Below, piece after piece: positions 1-8,733 of a stretch of 64,000 nucleotides of DNA. Position numbers and translations under genes: made by a program. Each line of letters starts with the position of its first letter. Within the stretch, counting starts at the first letter, position 1. Source of the stretch: Thermoanaerobaculia bacterium. Its GTDB lineage: Bacteria; Acidobacteriota; Thermoanaerobaculia; UBA5066; Gp7-AA6. The DNA lies in assembly GCA_035263845.1 (NCBI GenBank), contig DATFQY010000005.1, positions 6,770-70,769 of the forward strand. The letters are read 5' to 3'. Under the pieces are notes generated by a model that was not told the DNA's origin, made no database searches, and saw only the letters and a program-made list of their open reading frames with translations.

Positions 1-132
1 CCACGCGCAGGGAACGTGGAAGAACACGATCCGCGAGGACTCCCCGATGAATCCCTGCGCCGGCGCGGGCCAGAGGAACGCCCCGGCGATCACCGCCGCC
101 ATGTAGGGAAGCAGGAGGAACTTCAGGATCTT
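1..132 (-). CDS. ccmC: Heme exporter protein C (CcmC), N-terminal part. The gene continues past the window start.
   Basis: Reverse translation of 1..132 gives MKILKFLLLPYMAAVIAGAFLWPAPAQGFIGESSRIVFFHVPCAW, with the CcmC-type HVPxAW motif. GGAGG lies 5 nt upstream of the ATG at 132. It sits directly downstream of ccmB. Confidence 0.6.
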
Positions 133-142
133 CATCCGCCTC

Positions 143-862
143 CTAATCTTCCCACGCCGCCGACGCCAGGAGATAGGCGGCGCAGGTCGCGGCGCCGTCG
201 TAAGCGACGATGACCCGGATGGGCGTCGAAGCCATCTCGCCTCCCGCGGCCGCGATCGTCGCGGTGATCGCCGAGAGAAGGAGCGGCAAGAGCAGGGGAA
301 AGGAGATCACGACGAAGAGGACGTTCTTCTGCGAGGCCTTCGCGACGAGGGCCGCCAGGAACGTCGAGACCACCGAGAGGCCGTAGCCCCCGAGGACCAT
401 CACGACCACGAGCGCGCCGGCCGAGCCCATCCGCCACTCCAGGAGGATCGCGAAGGCCGGCACGGTGACGGCGGTGATCGCCAGGAAGAGGACGTAATTG
501 AAGAGCGTCTTGCCCGCCAGGGTCAGCGAGGAGGAGACGACTTTGCGCAGCGCGTAGGCGGTCCCCGTCTCCTCCTCGCGCACGAAGGCGCGGGGGAGCC
601 CCGTCGCGGCGCAGAAGAACAAGATGATCCAGAGCAGCGCCGAGCAGACCCGGTCGCGCGCCTCGGCGGGAAGGCCGAAGGGCCCGACGGCGAACGAGAC
701 CAGCGTCACCGCCGTCGCCGCGAAGAAGAAGAGGGACGCCGCCGCGATCCGGCGCCGGAGCTCCTGGGCCGCGTCCTTGGCGCAGACGGCCCAGGCGCGC
801 CGGAGCGGGCCCCAGCCGGAAGACGGAAGAGGTGAGACGGAAGAGGAAACGGAGGCTGCCAT
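143..862 (-). CDS. ccmB: Heme exporter permease CcmB, a polytopic membrane protein.
   Basis: 239 aa hydrophobic protein immediately after ccmA, with only 3 nt between the ccmA stop and its ATG. Length and position are typical of CcmB. Confidence 0.7.
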   Translation of the reverse strand: MAASVSSSVSPLPSSGWGPLRRAWAVCAKDAAQELRRRIAAASLFFFAATAVTLVSFAVGPFGLPAEARDRVCSALLWIILFFCAATGLPRAFVREEETGTAYALRKVVSSSLTLAGKTLFNYVLFLAITAVTVPAFAILLEWRMGSAGALVVVMVLGGYGLSVVSTFLAALVAKASQKNVLFVVISFPLLLPLLLSAITATIAAAGGEMASTPIRVIVAYDGAATCAAYLLASAAWED

Positions 863-865
863 CGT

Positions 866-1510
866 CTACCGTCTAACGTCTGCCGTCTCACGGTCCCCGA
901 GCTCGATCGTCTGGTCGGGCTCCAGGAAATCGCGCGAATCGTTCGAAGCGAGCACGACGAGCCCGGCGCGTCTTTGCGCCCCGACGGCCTTCTCGACGAT
1001 GGCGCGGCCGTCGGCGTCGAGGCCGATCATCGGCTCGTCGAGCAGCAAGATCGGCGGGTCGAAGAGGAGCGAGAATGCGATCTTCAACCGCTGCTTCATC
1101 CCGGTCGAGAAGGCGCCGACCCTCCGGTCGAACGCGCCGGAGAGGCCGACGTCGTCCAGGCGTTGCGCGATCGCGGCTTCGCCGGCCGGCCGCCCGCCCG
1201 CCCTCCCGAAGAAGCGCAGGTTCTCGACCGCCGTGAAATCCTCGTAGAACGCGAGGTCCGGCCCCGCCCACCCCACCGCCAGGCGTCTCTCGTCGCCGGC
1301 CAGCTCCGCGTCGCCGCGGCGGACCGAGACGGAGCCGGAGCTCGCGTGGGCGAGCGACGCGAGGATCTTCAGCAGCGTCGTCTTGCCGCTGCCGTTCCTT
1401 CCCCGGACCGCGAGGAACCCGGACTCGGCGCGAAAGGAGAGCTTCGTGAAGAGAGGCGGCCCCGCGAAGGCCTTCGACAGCTCCCGGGCCTCGAGCGTGG
1501 TTGCGAGCAC
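866..1510 (-). CDS. ccmA: Heme exporter ATP-binding protein CcmA (ABC ATPase).
   Basis: Walker A GRNGSGKTT, Walker B LLLDEP and an ABC signature. 214 aa, first gene of the ccmABC unit. Confidence 0.85.
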   Translation of the reverse strand: MLATTLEARELSKAFAGPPLFTKLSFRAESGFLAVRGRNGSGKTTLLKILASLAHASSGSVSVRRGDAELAGDERRLAVGWAGPDLAFYEDFTAVENLRFFGRAGGRPAGEAAIAQRLDDVGLSGAFDRRVGAFSTGMKQRLKIAFSLLFDPPILLLDEPMIGLDADGRAIVEKAVGAQRRAGLVVLASNDSRDFLEPDQTIELGDRETADVRR

Positions 1511-1674
1511 TCCCGCAAACGTTAGCAGAAGCGCACGCCGTCGCCTTGAAGCGAATGCCTCGCTTCTATATGATCCGGCGGATTCCCGTTCGACTCGAGA
1601 TGTGCGCGTGGGGCGCGCGCCCGGGCCGGGCGCGGATGGGCGAGTTCGTGAAAACTGGATCGAAGGGAGATTGG

Positions 1675-2478
1675 ATGTCGAAGAGGGTCGCGACGTTACT
1701 GCTCGCGCTGGCGATCGCGCTGACGTTCGCCGCGTGCGGAGGCAAGGAAGAGGACGAGGAAGAGGCGGCGGCTCCCGCCAAGCCCGCGGCGTCGACCGCC
1801 GCGGCGGCCCCGGCCGCGGCGCCCGCGGCGGCCCCGGCAGGGGGAGGCGCCACGATCACGGGCAAGGTCGCGTTCACGGGGACGGCTCCGGCCAAGGAGC
1901 AGATCAAGATGGACGCCGACGCGTACTGCAAGGGGGCGCACGCCGAGCCCGTCTACACGCAGGAGGTCGTCGTCAACGGAAACGGGACGCTCGAGTGGGT
2001 CCTGGTCTACGTCAAGGAGGGCGTCACGGGGAGCTACCCGCCGCCCGCCACGCCGGTCACGCTGGACCAGAAGGGGTGCCAGTACTCGCCCCACATCTTC
2101 GGGATCCAGGCGGGCCAGCCGCTGAAGATCGTCAACAGCGACGGGACGCTCCACAACATTCACGCCCTTCCGAAGGTCAACGCCGAGTTCAACATCGGAC
2201 AGCCCTTCCAGAAGATGGAGACGCTCAAGAAGTTCGACAAGGCCGAGGTCCCGCTGCGGTTCAAGTGCGACGTCCACAAGTGGATGGGCGCTTACTGCGG
2301 CGTCTTCAACCACCCGTTCTTCGCGACGACCAACGACCAGGGGACCTTCGAGATCAAGGGCCTGCCGGCGGGCAACTATGTCATCGAGGCCTGGCAGGAG
2401 AAGTACGGGGCGCAGACTCAGAACGTGACCGTCTCCGGTTCAGAGACCAAGACGGTCGATTTCTCGTTCAAGGGCTAG
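1675..2478 (+). CDS. Lipoprotein carrying a type-1 copper (cupredoxin, amicyanin-like) domain plus carboxypeptidase-regulatory-like beta-sandwich segments.
   Basis: The signal peptide and lipobox MSKRVATLLLALAIALTFAAC GG follow an RBS (GGGAGA). Candidate Cu ligands are His in LHNIH (HN motif) and the Cys-x2-His-x2-Met motif KCDVHKWM, the amicyanin loop type. The C-terminal part, TFEIKGLPAGNYVIEA...VTVSGSETKTVDFSF, has a prealbumin-like fold. It lies immediately upstream of coxB. Confidence 0.6.
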   Translation: MSKRVATLLLALAIALTFAACGGKEEDEEEAAAPAKPAASTAAAAPAAAPAAAPAGGGATITGKVAFTGTAPAKEQIKMDADAYCKGAHAEPVYTQEVVVNGNGTLEWVLVYVKEGVTGSYPPPATPVTLDQKGCQYSPHIFGIQAGQPLKIVNSDGTLHNIHALPKVNAEFNIGQPFQKMETLKKFDKAEVPLRFKCDVHKWMGAYCGVFNHPFFATTNDQGTFEIKGLPAGNYVIEAWQEKYGAQTQNVTVSGSETKTVDFSFKG

Positions 2479-2489
2479 GGGTCACTCGG

Positions 2490-3275
2490 GTGAGCGGGCT
2501 TCTCGCGGCGGCGCTTCCGTTCTGGCTCCATCTGCCCGAAGGGGTCTCGAGCTACAGCGGGAAGATCGACGGGATCTTCTCGCTCATCCTCTGGATCACC
2601 GGGATCATCTTCATTCTGGTCGAGGCTCTCCTGCTCTACTTCCTCTTCCGCTACCGGAGCCGGGAGGGGCGCCGCGCCCACTACACGCACGGCAACAACC
2701 GGATCGAGGTCATCTGGACGATCGTCCCGGCCTTCATCTGCGTCGTGCTGGCGCTACTGTCGCGAAGAAGCTGGGCGGAGATCAAGCAGCAGATGCCGGG
2801 CGACGCGATGCAGATCGAGATCCTGGCCGAGCAGTTCGCCTGGAACATCCGGTACCCTGGCCCCGACGGGAAACTCAACACGGCCGACGACATCGTCACG
2901 CTGAACCAGCTGCACTTCCCGGTGGGCCGGTCGGTCGTCGCGACGCTCCGCTCCAAGGACGTCATCCACTCCTTCTTCCTGCCGGAGTTCCGCGTCAAGC
3001 AGGACGCGGTCCCAGGGATGTCCACCCGGATCTGGTTCGACGGGATGCGCACCGGGCACTGGGAGATCGCCTGCGCCGAGCTGTGCGGGCTGGGCCACTA
3101 CCGGATGAAGGGGTTCGTCACGGTCGAGACGCCGCAGGAATTCGAGAAGTGGCTCGCCGAGCAGGCGCCGGCCCAGCCGGCGCAGGCCGCGCCGGGTCAG
3201 CCCGCTCCGGCGGCTCCCGCCCCGGCGGCGCCGACGCCGCACCCGGCGGCACAGGAGGGGAAACAGGGGTCATGA
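2490..3275 (+). CDS. coxB: Cytochrome c oxidase subunit II with a CuA site and no fused cytochrome c domain.
   Basis: CuA motif HWEIACAELCGLGHYRM. An N-terminal TM helix is followed by a cupredoxin fold. Start is GTG at 2490. The C-terminal tail is Pro/Ala-rich and contains no CxxCH. The stop overlaps the coxA ATG (ATGA). Confidence 0.9.
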   Translation: MSGLLAAALPFWLHLPEGVSSYSGKIDGIFSLILWITGIIFILVEALLLYFLFRYRSREGRRAHYTHGNNRIEVIWTIVPAFICVVLALLSRRSWAEIKQQMPGDAMQIEILAEQFAWNIRYPGPDGKLNTADDIVTLNQLHFPVGRSVVATLRSKDVIHSFFLPEFRVKQDAVPGMSTRIWFDGMRTGHWEIACAELCGLGHYRMKGFVTVETPQEFEKWLAEQAPAQPAQAAPGQPAPAAPAPAAPTPHPAAQEGKQGS

Positions 3276-5089
3276 GCACCACGATGCCCGAGCCGCTTCG
3301 CATTCCGGAGCCCGAGGCCGCGCCCGCACCCGCGCACATTCCGGGCGTCCATCCGGCGCCGACGTCCTTCTGGCGGAAATACATCTTCTCGCTCGACCAC
3401 AAGGTCATCGGCAAGCAGTACCTCTTCTACGCGCTCGCGATGCTCATCGTCGGAGGGCTGCTGGCGATTCTCGTCCGCTGGCAGCTCGCCTGGCCCGGCC
3501 GGCCGATCGCGTTCATGGGCAAGCTCTTCCCGGAGGGGATGCCCAACGGCCAGATGCTGCCGGAGTTCTACAACTCGCTGTTCACGATGCACGCGACGAT
3601 CATGATCTTCTTCGCGATCATGCCGATCCTGATCGGCGCGTTCGGCAACTTCGTCGTGCCGATCCAGATCGGGGCGCGCGACATGGCGTTCCCGACTCTG
3701 AACATGCTGTCCTTCTGGACCGCGGTTCCGGCGGCGGTGATCATCATCTGGTCCTTTTTCGTGACCGGGGGCGCGGCACAGTCGGGCTGGACCTCGTACG
3801 CGCCGCTCTCGATCATCCAGCCCAGAGGGCAGACGCTCTGGCTGCTGTCGCTCCTGTTCCTCGGGCTCTCGTCGCTGCTGACGGCGGTCAACTTCATCAC
3901 GACGATCATCAACATGCGGGCGCCGGGGATGACGTTCTTCCGGCTGCCGCTGACGGTGTGGGCGCTCTTCATCACGGCGATCCTGCTGCTGCTGGCGCTG
4001 CCGGTGCTGTCGGGCGCGCTGATCATGATGCTCTTCGACCGGGTGCTCGGGACGACCTTCTTCCTTCCGGCGGGGATGATCGTGTCGGGCCAGCCATGGC
4101 CCAACGCGGGGGGCGGCCAGGCGCTCCTGTGGCAGCACCTGTTCTGGTTCTTCGGGCACCCCGAGGTCTACATCATGATCCTGCCGGCCATGGGGATCAC
4201 CTCGGAGATCCTCCCGGTCTTCTCTCGCAAACCGATCTTCGGATACCGAGCGATGGCGTACTCGATCATGGGCATCGCGGGCCTCGGGTTCATCGTGTGG
4301 GGCCACCACATGTTCCAGAGCGGCATGAACCCGACGCTCGGCACGACCTTCATGATCTCGACGATGGTCATCGCGGTGCCCTCGGCCATCAAGACCTTCA
4401 ACTGGCTGGGGACGCTGTGGGGCGGCAACATCCACTTCACGACGCCGATGCTGAACGCGGTCTCGTTCGTCGCGATGTTCGTCATCGGCGGGCTGTCGGG
4501 GATCTTCATGGCCTCGACCCCGGTGGACATCTTCATCCACGACACGTACTTCATCGTCGGGCACATCCACTACGTGCTCTTCGGCGGCTCGCTCTTCGGG
4601 GCCTTCGCCGGCCTCTACTACTGGTACCCGAAGATGTTCGGGCGCTGCATGAGCGAAAAGTGGGGGAAGGTCCACTGGTTTCTGACGTTCGTGACCTTCA
4701 ACCTCGTTTTCTTCCCGATGCACTTCCTCGGGATGCGCGGGATGCAGCGGCGCATCTACGACTACACGCAGTACGCGCACTTGAAGGGCCTCCAGCCCAT
4801 GAACCAGTTCATGACGATCTCGCTCTTCGTCCTGGGGGCGGCGCAGATCATCCTGGTGTTCAACTTCTTCCTCTCGATGAGGCGCGGCAAGGTCGCGGGG
4901 CCCAACCCGTGGCGGGCCAACACGCTCGAGTGGCAGACATCCTCTCCGCCGCCGCACGAGAATTTCACCGGGCACATCCCGACGGTCTACCGCGGGCCCT
5001 ACGAGTACAGCGCGCCCGAGCGGGCCGACGACCACTGGCCGCAGAACGAGCCGCCCGGGGCCGCGTCTGCTGTGGGAGCCCATGGCTGA
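3272..5089 (+). CDS. coxA: Cytochrome c oxidase subunit I (heme-copper oxidase catalytic subunit).
   Basis: 605 aa polytopic protein with canonical subunit I histidines (for example WGHHMF and HDTYFIVGHIHY). The ATG at 3272 overlaps the coxB stop. Confidence 0.95.
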   Translation: MSTTMPEPLRIPEPEAAPAPAHIPGVHPAPTSFWRKYIFSLDHKVIGKQYLFYALAMLIVGGLLAILVRWQLAWPGRPIAFMGKLFPEGMPNGQMLPEFYNSLFTMHATIMIFFAIMPILIGAFGNFVVPIQIGARDMAFPTLNMLSFWTAVPAAVIIIWSFFVTGGAAQSGWTSYAPLSIIQPRGQTLWLLSLLFLGLSSLLTAVNFITTIINMRAPGMTFFRLPLTVWALFITAILLLLALPVLSGALIMMLFDRVLGTTFFLPAGMIVSGQPWPNAGGGQALLWQHLFWFFGHPEVYIMILPAMGITSEILPVFSRKPIFGYRAMAYSIMGIAGLGFIVWGHHMFQSGMNPTLGTTFMISTMVIAVPSAIKTFNWLGTLWGGNIHFTTPMLNAVSFVAMFVIGGLSGIFMASTPVDIFIHDTYFIVGHIHYVLFGGSLFGAFAGLYYWYPKMFGRCMSEKWGKVHWFLTFVTFNLVFFPMHFLGMRGMQRRIYDYTQYAHLKGLQPMNQFMTISLFVLGAAQIILVFNFFLSMRRGKVAGPNPWRANTLEWQTSSPPPHENFTGHIPTVYRGPYEYSAPERADDHWPQNEPPGAASAVGAHG

Positions 5090-6020
5090 AGCCGGCCGTC
5101 CCGCCAACGTGGGCCTTCACCGCTTCGCGGTGGCCGCGGCGATCGCCACGCTCTTCCTGATCTTCGCGGGAGGGCTGGTCACCTCGACGGAGTCGGGCCT
5201 CTCCGTGCCGGACTGGCCGCTCTCCTACGGCCGGCTGATGCCGCCGATGGTGGGCGGGATCTTCTACGAGCACGGCCACCGGATGGTGGCGACGACGGTA
5301 GGGATCCTGACCGTGATCCTCGCGGTCTGGCTCTCCCGGCGCGAACCGCGCCGGTGGGTCCGACGCCTCGGCTGGGCGGCGCTGGCCGCGGTCGTGGCGC
5401 AAGGAGTCCTCGGCGGAATAACCGTGATCTTCCTCCTCCCGACGGCGGTCTCGGTCGCCCACGCCTGCCTCGCCCAGACGTTCTTCTGCCTCGTCGTGAC
5501 GATTGCCGTCGTGACGTCGAAGAGGTGGCGCGAGGGCCGAGCCGCGGGCGGCGGCGGAGTCACGCGGATCGGCGCCGCGACCGTCGCGGTGGTCTTCCTG
5601 CAACTGTTGGTCGGCGCGCTCATGCGGCACAACAAGGCCGGCCTCGCGATCCCGGACTTCCCGCTGGCGCTCGGCCGCGTGGTGCCGCCGCTCGACTCGT
5701 TCCCGGTCGCAATCCACTTCCTGCACCGCGTGACGGCCGTGCTGGTGCTCGGCTTCGCCGTCGCTTGCGGCGCGCGGGCCTTCGCCTCCCGCAGACCCGG
5801 ATTGAAGAAGACAGCCATCCTGCTGATCGGCCTCGTGTGCGTCCAGATCACGCTCGGGGCGCTGACGGTCCTGACTCACAAGTCCGTCGCGATCACCACG
5901 GCGCACGTCGCGACCGGGGCGCTGATCCTCGGGACGGCGCTCGCGTTCACGCTGGCAACTCTCAAGACCGGGCGCGCCGCGGGCGGCGCCCGCCGGGCGC
6001 ATCTGGAGGCGGTGGCTTGA
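5082..6020 (+). CDS. ctaA: Heme A synthase (CtaA/COX15).
   Basis: Motifs SVPDWPLSYGRLMPPMVGG and EHGHR. 312 aa with 7-8 TM helices. It overlaps the coxA end by 8 nt. Confidence 0.85.
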   Translation: MAEAGRPANVGLHRFAVAAAIATLFLIFAGGLVTSTESGLSVPDWPLSYGRLMPPMVGGIFYEHGHRMVATTVGILTVILAVWLSRREPRRWVRRLGWAALAAVVAQGVLGGITVIFLLPTAVSVAHACLAQTFFCLVVTIAVVTSKRWREGRAAGGGGVTRIGAATVAVVFLQLLVGALMRHNKAGLAIPDFPLALGRVVPPLDSFPVAIHFLHRVTAVLVLGFAVACGARAFASRRPGLKKTAILLIGLVCVQITLGALTVLTHKSVAITTAHVATGALILGTALAFTLATLKTGRAAGGARRAHLEAVA

Positions 6021-6898
6021 GGGCCGTCGCTTCGGCGCTCGCTGCCTCGCCCTCGAGGGTCGGAGCGTTCCTCGAGCTGACCAAGCCCCGGATCACGGCT
6101 CTCGTGCTCGTCACGGCCGCCGTCGGCTACGCGATCGGCGCCGGGAGCGGACTCGATCCCCTCGTCTTCCTCGCGCTGATGGCCGGGACCGCGATGGTCG
6201 CCGGGGGCGCGTCGGCCCTGAACCAGTACTCCGAGCGCGAGGCGGACGCGCGGATGGAGCGCACCCGCCGCCGACCGCTCCCGTCGGGGCGCGTTTCCCC
6301 GGGCGAGGCGCTCGCCTTCGGCCTCGCCATTTCCGGCGCGGGCCTCGTCGTTCTCGCGACGATCAACCCGCTGACGGCGATCCTGGGAGCGATCGCGCTG
6401 ACGAGCTACGCGCTTCTCTACACGCCGTTGAAGCGGATTACGTCCCTCTGCACGGTCGTGGGCGCGGTCCCGGGGGCGATCCCGCCGCTGATGGGCTGGG
6501 CGGCCGCGCGCGGCAGCCTCTCGGCCGGAGCGTGGGCCCTCTTCGGGGTCCTCTTCCTCTGGCAGCTCCCTCACTTCCTGGCCATCGGCTGGATCTACCG
6601 CGAGGACTACGCGCGCGGCGGGTTCCCGATGCTGACGGTGCTCGACCCCGACGGCGCCTCGACGGGGCGCCAGATGATGCTCTACTCGGCCGCGCTCGTA
6701 CCGGTGACGCTGCTGGCCGGCGCCCTGGCGTCGGCCGGCCCCGGGTACCTGTGGAGCGCGCTCGCGCTGGGAGCGCTCTTTTTCGCCGGCTCGGCGAGGT
6801 TCTTCCGGCAGAGGTCGCTGGCCTCGGCTCGGCTGGTGTTTCTCGTTTCGATCCTCTACCTGCCGGTCGTCCTCGGCCTCATGGTGTTCGACCGATGA
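6017..6898 (+). CDS. ctaB: Protoheme IX farnesyltransferase (heme O synthase, CtaB/CyoE).
   Basis: UbiA-family motifs (ELTKPRIT, NQYSEREADARMERTRRRPLPSG). The putative TTG start at 6017 overlaps the ctaA stop. The exact start is uncertain. Confidence 0.85.
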   Translation: MRAVASALAASPSRVGAFLELTKPRITALVLVTAAVGYAIGAGSGLDPLVFLALMAGTAMVAGGASALNQYSEREADARMERTRRRPLPSGRVSPGEALAFGLAISGAGLVVLATINPLTAILGAIALTSYALLYTPLKRITSLCTVVGAVPGAIPPLMGWAAARGSLSAGAWALFGVLFLWQLPHFLAIGWIYREDYARGGFPMLTVLDPDGASTGRQMMLYSAALVPVTLLAGALASAGPGYLWSALALGALFFAGSARFFRQRSLASARLVFLVSILYLPVVLGLMVFDR

Positions 6899-7026
6899 GC
6901 GAGACGCCCGCACCGACCGCCGCCGAGCGGATCGCCAGATGGAGGACGCTGCTCCTCCTGCTCCTGATCATGGGAGGGCTCTTCTTCGGGTCGATCCTCT
7001 TCATCCTTTCCCGGGCGCCGAAGTAA
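6895..7026 (+). CDS. Small single-TM protein (44 aa) inside the cox operon, possibly a small oxidase subunit or assembly factor.
   Basis: The ATG overlaps the ctaB stop (ATGA). Sequence MSETPAPTAAERIARWRTLLLLLLIMGGLFFGSILFILSRAPK has one hydrophobic helix. Confidence 0.4.
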   Translation: MSETPAPTAAERIARWRTLLLLLLIMGGLFFGSILFILSRAPK

Positions 7027-7039
7027 CAAGGAGAAACCG

Positions 7040-7330
7040 ATGACGGAGTCCGGTCACAAGTCCCCGAACTACATGGCCATCTTCTGGTGGCTCGCCGGGT
7101 TCACCGCCGTCGAGGTCGCGTACTCCTCGATCCTGCCGCACAGCCAGAAGGCCCTGTTGATCATCGGGCTCGTCGGCTTCGCGGCGATCAAGGCGACGCT
7201 CGTGGCGCTGTACTTCATGCACTTGAGATTCGAGCGCAAGAGCCTGGGGATCATCGTCGGCTCGACGCTCATCCTGGGCGTGATCCTCGTCTCCGTCGGA
7301 ATGGCGGAGACGTGGCTGCCACGCCCCTGA
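7040..7330 (+). CDS. Cytochrome c oxidase subunit IV (prokaryotic CtaF/CoxD family).
   Basis: 96 aa with three TM helices. The ALYFMHL segment is typical of bacterial subunit IV. It lies between ctaB and coxC. Confidence 0.7.
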   Translation: MTESGHKSPNYMAIFWWLAGFTAVEVAYSSILPHSQKALLIIGLVGFAAIKATLVALYFMHLRFERKSLGIIVGSTLILGVILVSVGMAETWLPRP

Positions 7331-7343
7331 CGAAGGAGTCCTG

Positions 7344-7946
7344 ATGGAAGCGATCGCGGTCCCCCACGGGCACGGGCACGAGGAGGAATACACCACGACG
7401 GGAATCCCCCACGACAAGATGGGGATGTGGGTCTTCCTCTGCTCCGAGGTCATGTTCTTCACCGGGCTGATCGGGTCCTACATCGTCCTGCGGTTCGCGA
7501 CGCCGCTCTGGCCGCCCCCGGCGTCGGTCCTGAACATCCCGCTGACGGCGATGAACACCTTCATCCTGATCTGCTCCTCCGTCACGATGGTTCAGTCGCT
7601 CGCCGCGATCTCCCGCAACGACACGCGGAAGATGAAGCTCTACCTCTGCCTGACGCTGATGTTCGGGGCGATCTTCCTGTCGATCCAGGGGGTCGAGTAC
7701 TGGAAGCTCGTCCACGAGGGGTTCAACCCGCACGTCTCGCTCTTCGGGTCCGTCTTCTTCACGACAACGGGGTTCCACGGGTTCCACGTCTTCTGCGGCG
7801 TCGTCTGCATGGCGTTCGTCACCGGGAAGGCCTTCCTCGGCAAGTACACGCAGGCGAGCCATCAGGGAATCGAGACGCTGGGCCTCTACTGGCACTTCGT
7901 GGACCTGGTGTGGATCGTGCTTTTTACGATCATTTACCTGATCTGA
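7344..7946 (+). CDS. coxC: Cytochrome c oxidase subunit III.
   Basis: 200 aa with a conserved subunit III C-terminus (FHGFHV...LYWHFVDLVWIVLF). Confidence 0.9.
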   Translation: MEAIAVPHGHGHEEEYTTTGIPHDKMGMWVFLCSEVMFFTGLIGSYIVLRFATPLWPPPASVLNIPLTAMNTFILICSSVTMVQSLAAISRNDTRKMKLYLCLTLMFGAIFLSIQGVEYWKLVHEGFNPHVSLFGSVFFTTTGFHGFHVFCGVVCMAFVTGKAFLGKYTQASHQGIETLGLYWHFVDLVWIVLFTIIYLI

Positions 7947-8383
7947 CTTTCCGCTGGGCCGACCTGGCCACCCTCAATGCCTGCCTGAACGCGACGAGCG
8001 CGCTCTTCCTCCTGCTCGGAAGGAGAGCGATCCGGCGGCTGGAGATCGGCCGGCACCGGAGGTTGATGATTTCGGCGGCGGTGACCTCGGGCCTCTTCCT
8101 CGTCTCCTACCTGACCTACCACGCCAAGGCCGGCTCGGTTCGGTTCCCGGGGACGGGCCTCGTCCGGCCGGTGTACTTCGCGATCCTCATCTCGCACACG
8201 CTGCTGGCCGCTGCGGTGCCGCCCCTCGCCCTGAGGGCGCTCTACCTGGGCCTGAAGCGCCGCGATGAGAAGCACCGGCGCGTCGCGCGCTGGGCCTACC
8301 CGATCTGGCTCTACGTGTCGGTCACGGGCGTCCTGGTCTACCTGATGCTCTACCGCCTTTACGCGCCCGGCGGGCTCCGTTAA
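7910..8383 (+). CDS. DUF420/CtaM-like membrane protein, an accessory protein of aa3 oxidases.
   Basis: The C-terminal signature HRRVARWAYPIWLYVSVTGVLVYLMLY matches my memory of DUF420, with 3-4 TM helices. The start is inferred as GTG at 7910, overlapping the coxC end, and is uncertain. Confidence 0.55.
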   Translation: MDRAFYDHLPDLTFRWADLATLNACLNATSALFLLLGRRAIRRLEIGRHRRLMISAAVTSGLFLVSYLTYHAKAGSVRFPGTGLVRPVYFAILISHTLLAAAVPPLALRALYLGLKRRDEKHRRVARWAYPIWLYVSVTGVLVYLMLYRLYAPGGLR

Positions 8384-8403
8384 GGGATAAGATCGTCGGC
8401 GCG

Positions 8404-8733
8404 ATGAAAACGGCCGCCCGCGTCCTGCTCGTCCTCGCGCTCGCCGGCCTCCTGGCCCCGGCCGTTTCGACGGCCTGCCCGCTCTGCAAGGAGGCCAAGT
8501 CCGACACCGACTATCCCGGCGGCGCGGCCTCGCTCCCGAAGGGCTTCTACTACTCGATCCTGCTGATGGTCGGCGCTCCGTTCGCCGTGGTCGGAGGGCT
8601 CGGGTTGAAGATCTTCCTCGCCCGCCGGAGGGCGCTCGCCCCGAACGCCCGGCCGGTGGCGACCCGCGCCGCTTCCGGTCCCGCGGCGGCGGCCTCTCGG
8701 CTCCTTCCCGACTCGCGGGGGGCCCAGCCCTGA
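8404..8733 (+). CDS. Small secreted, membrane-tethered protein with a CPLC motif.
   Basis: Signal peptide MKTAARVLLVLALAGLLAPAVSTA, then a CPLCKEAK motif, a TM helix and a basic low-complexity tail. It is the last gene of the cox cluster. Confidence 0.45.
   Translation: MKTAARVLLVLALAGLLAPAVSTACPLCKEAKSDTDYPGGAASLPKGFYYSILLMVGAPFAVVGGLGLKIFLARRRALAPNARPVATRAASGPAAAASRLLPDSRGAQP

Noticed and set aside
1383-3275. 630 aa plus-strand ORF.
   Set aside because: Only the last 261 codons (coxB, from GTG 2490) are coding. The upstream portion overlaps the cupredoxin lipoprotein gene in another frame.
3197-5107. 636 aa minus-strand ORF over coxA; likewise 18143..20947 over ppdK, 15933..17957 over glyS, 8550..10025, 20821..22143, 27860..29146 and 56561..58342.
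   Set aside because: These are shadow ORFs opposite strongly conserved genes (for 56561..58342 only the 3' 160 codons, the redoxin, are real).
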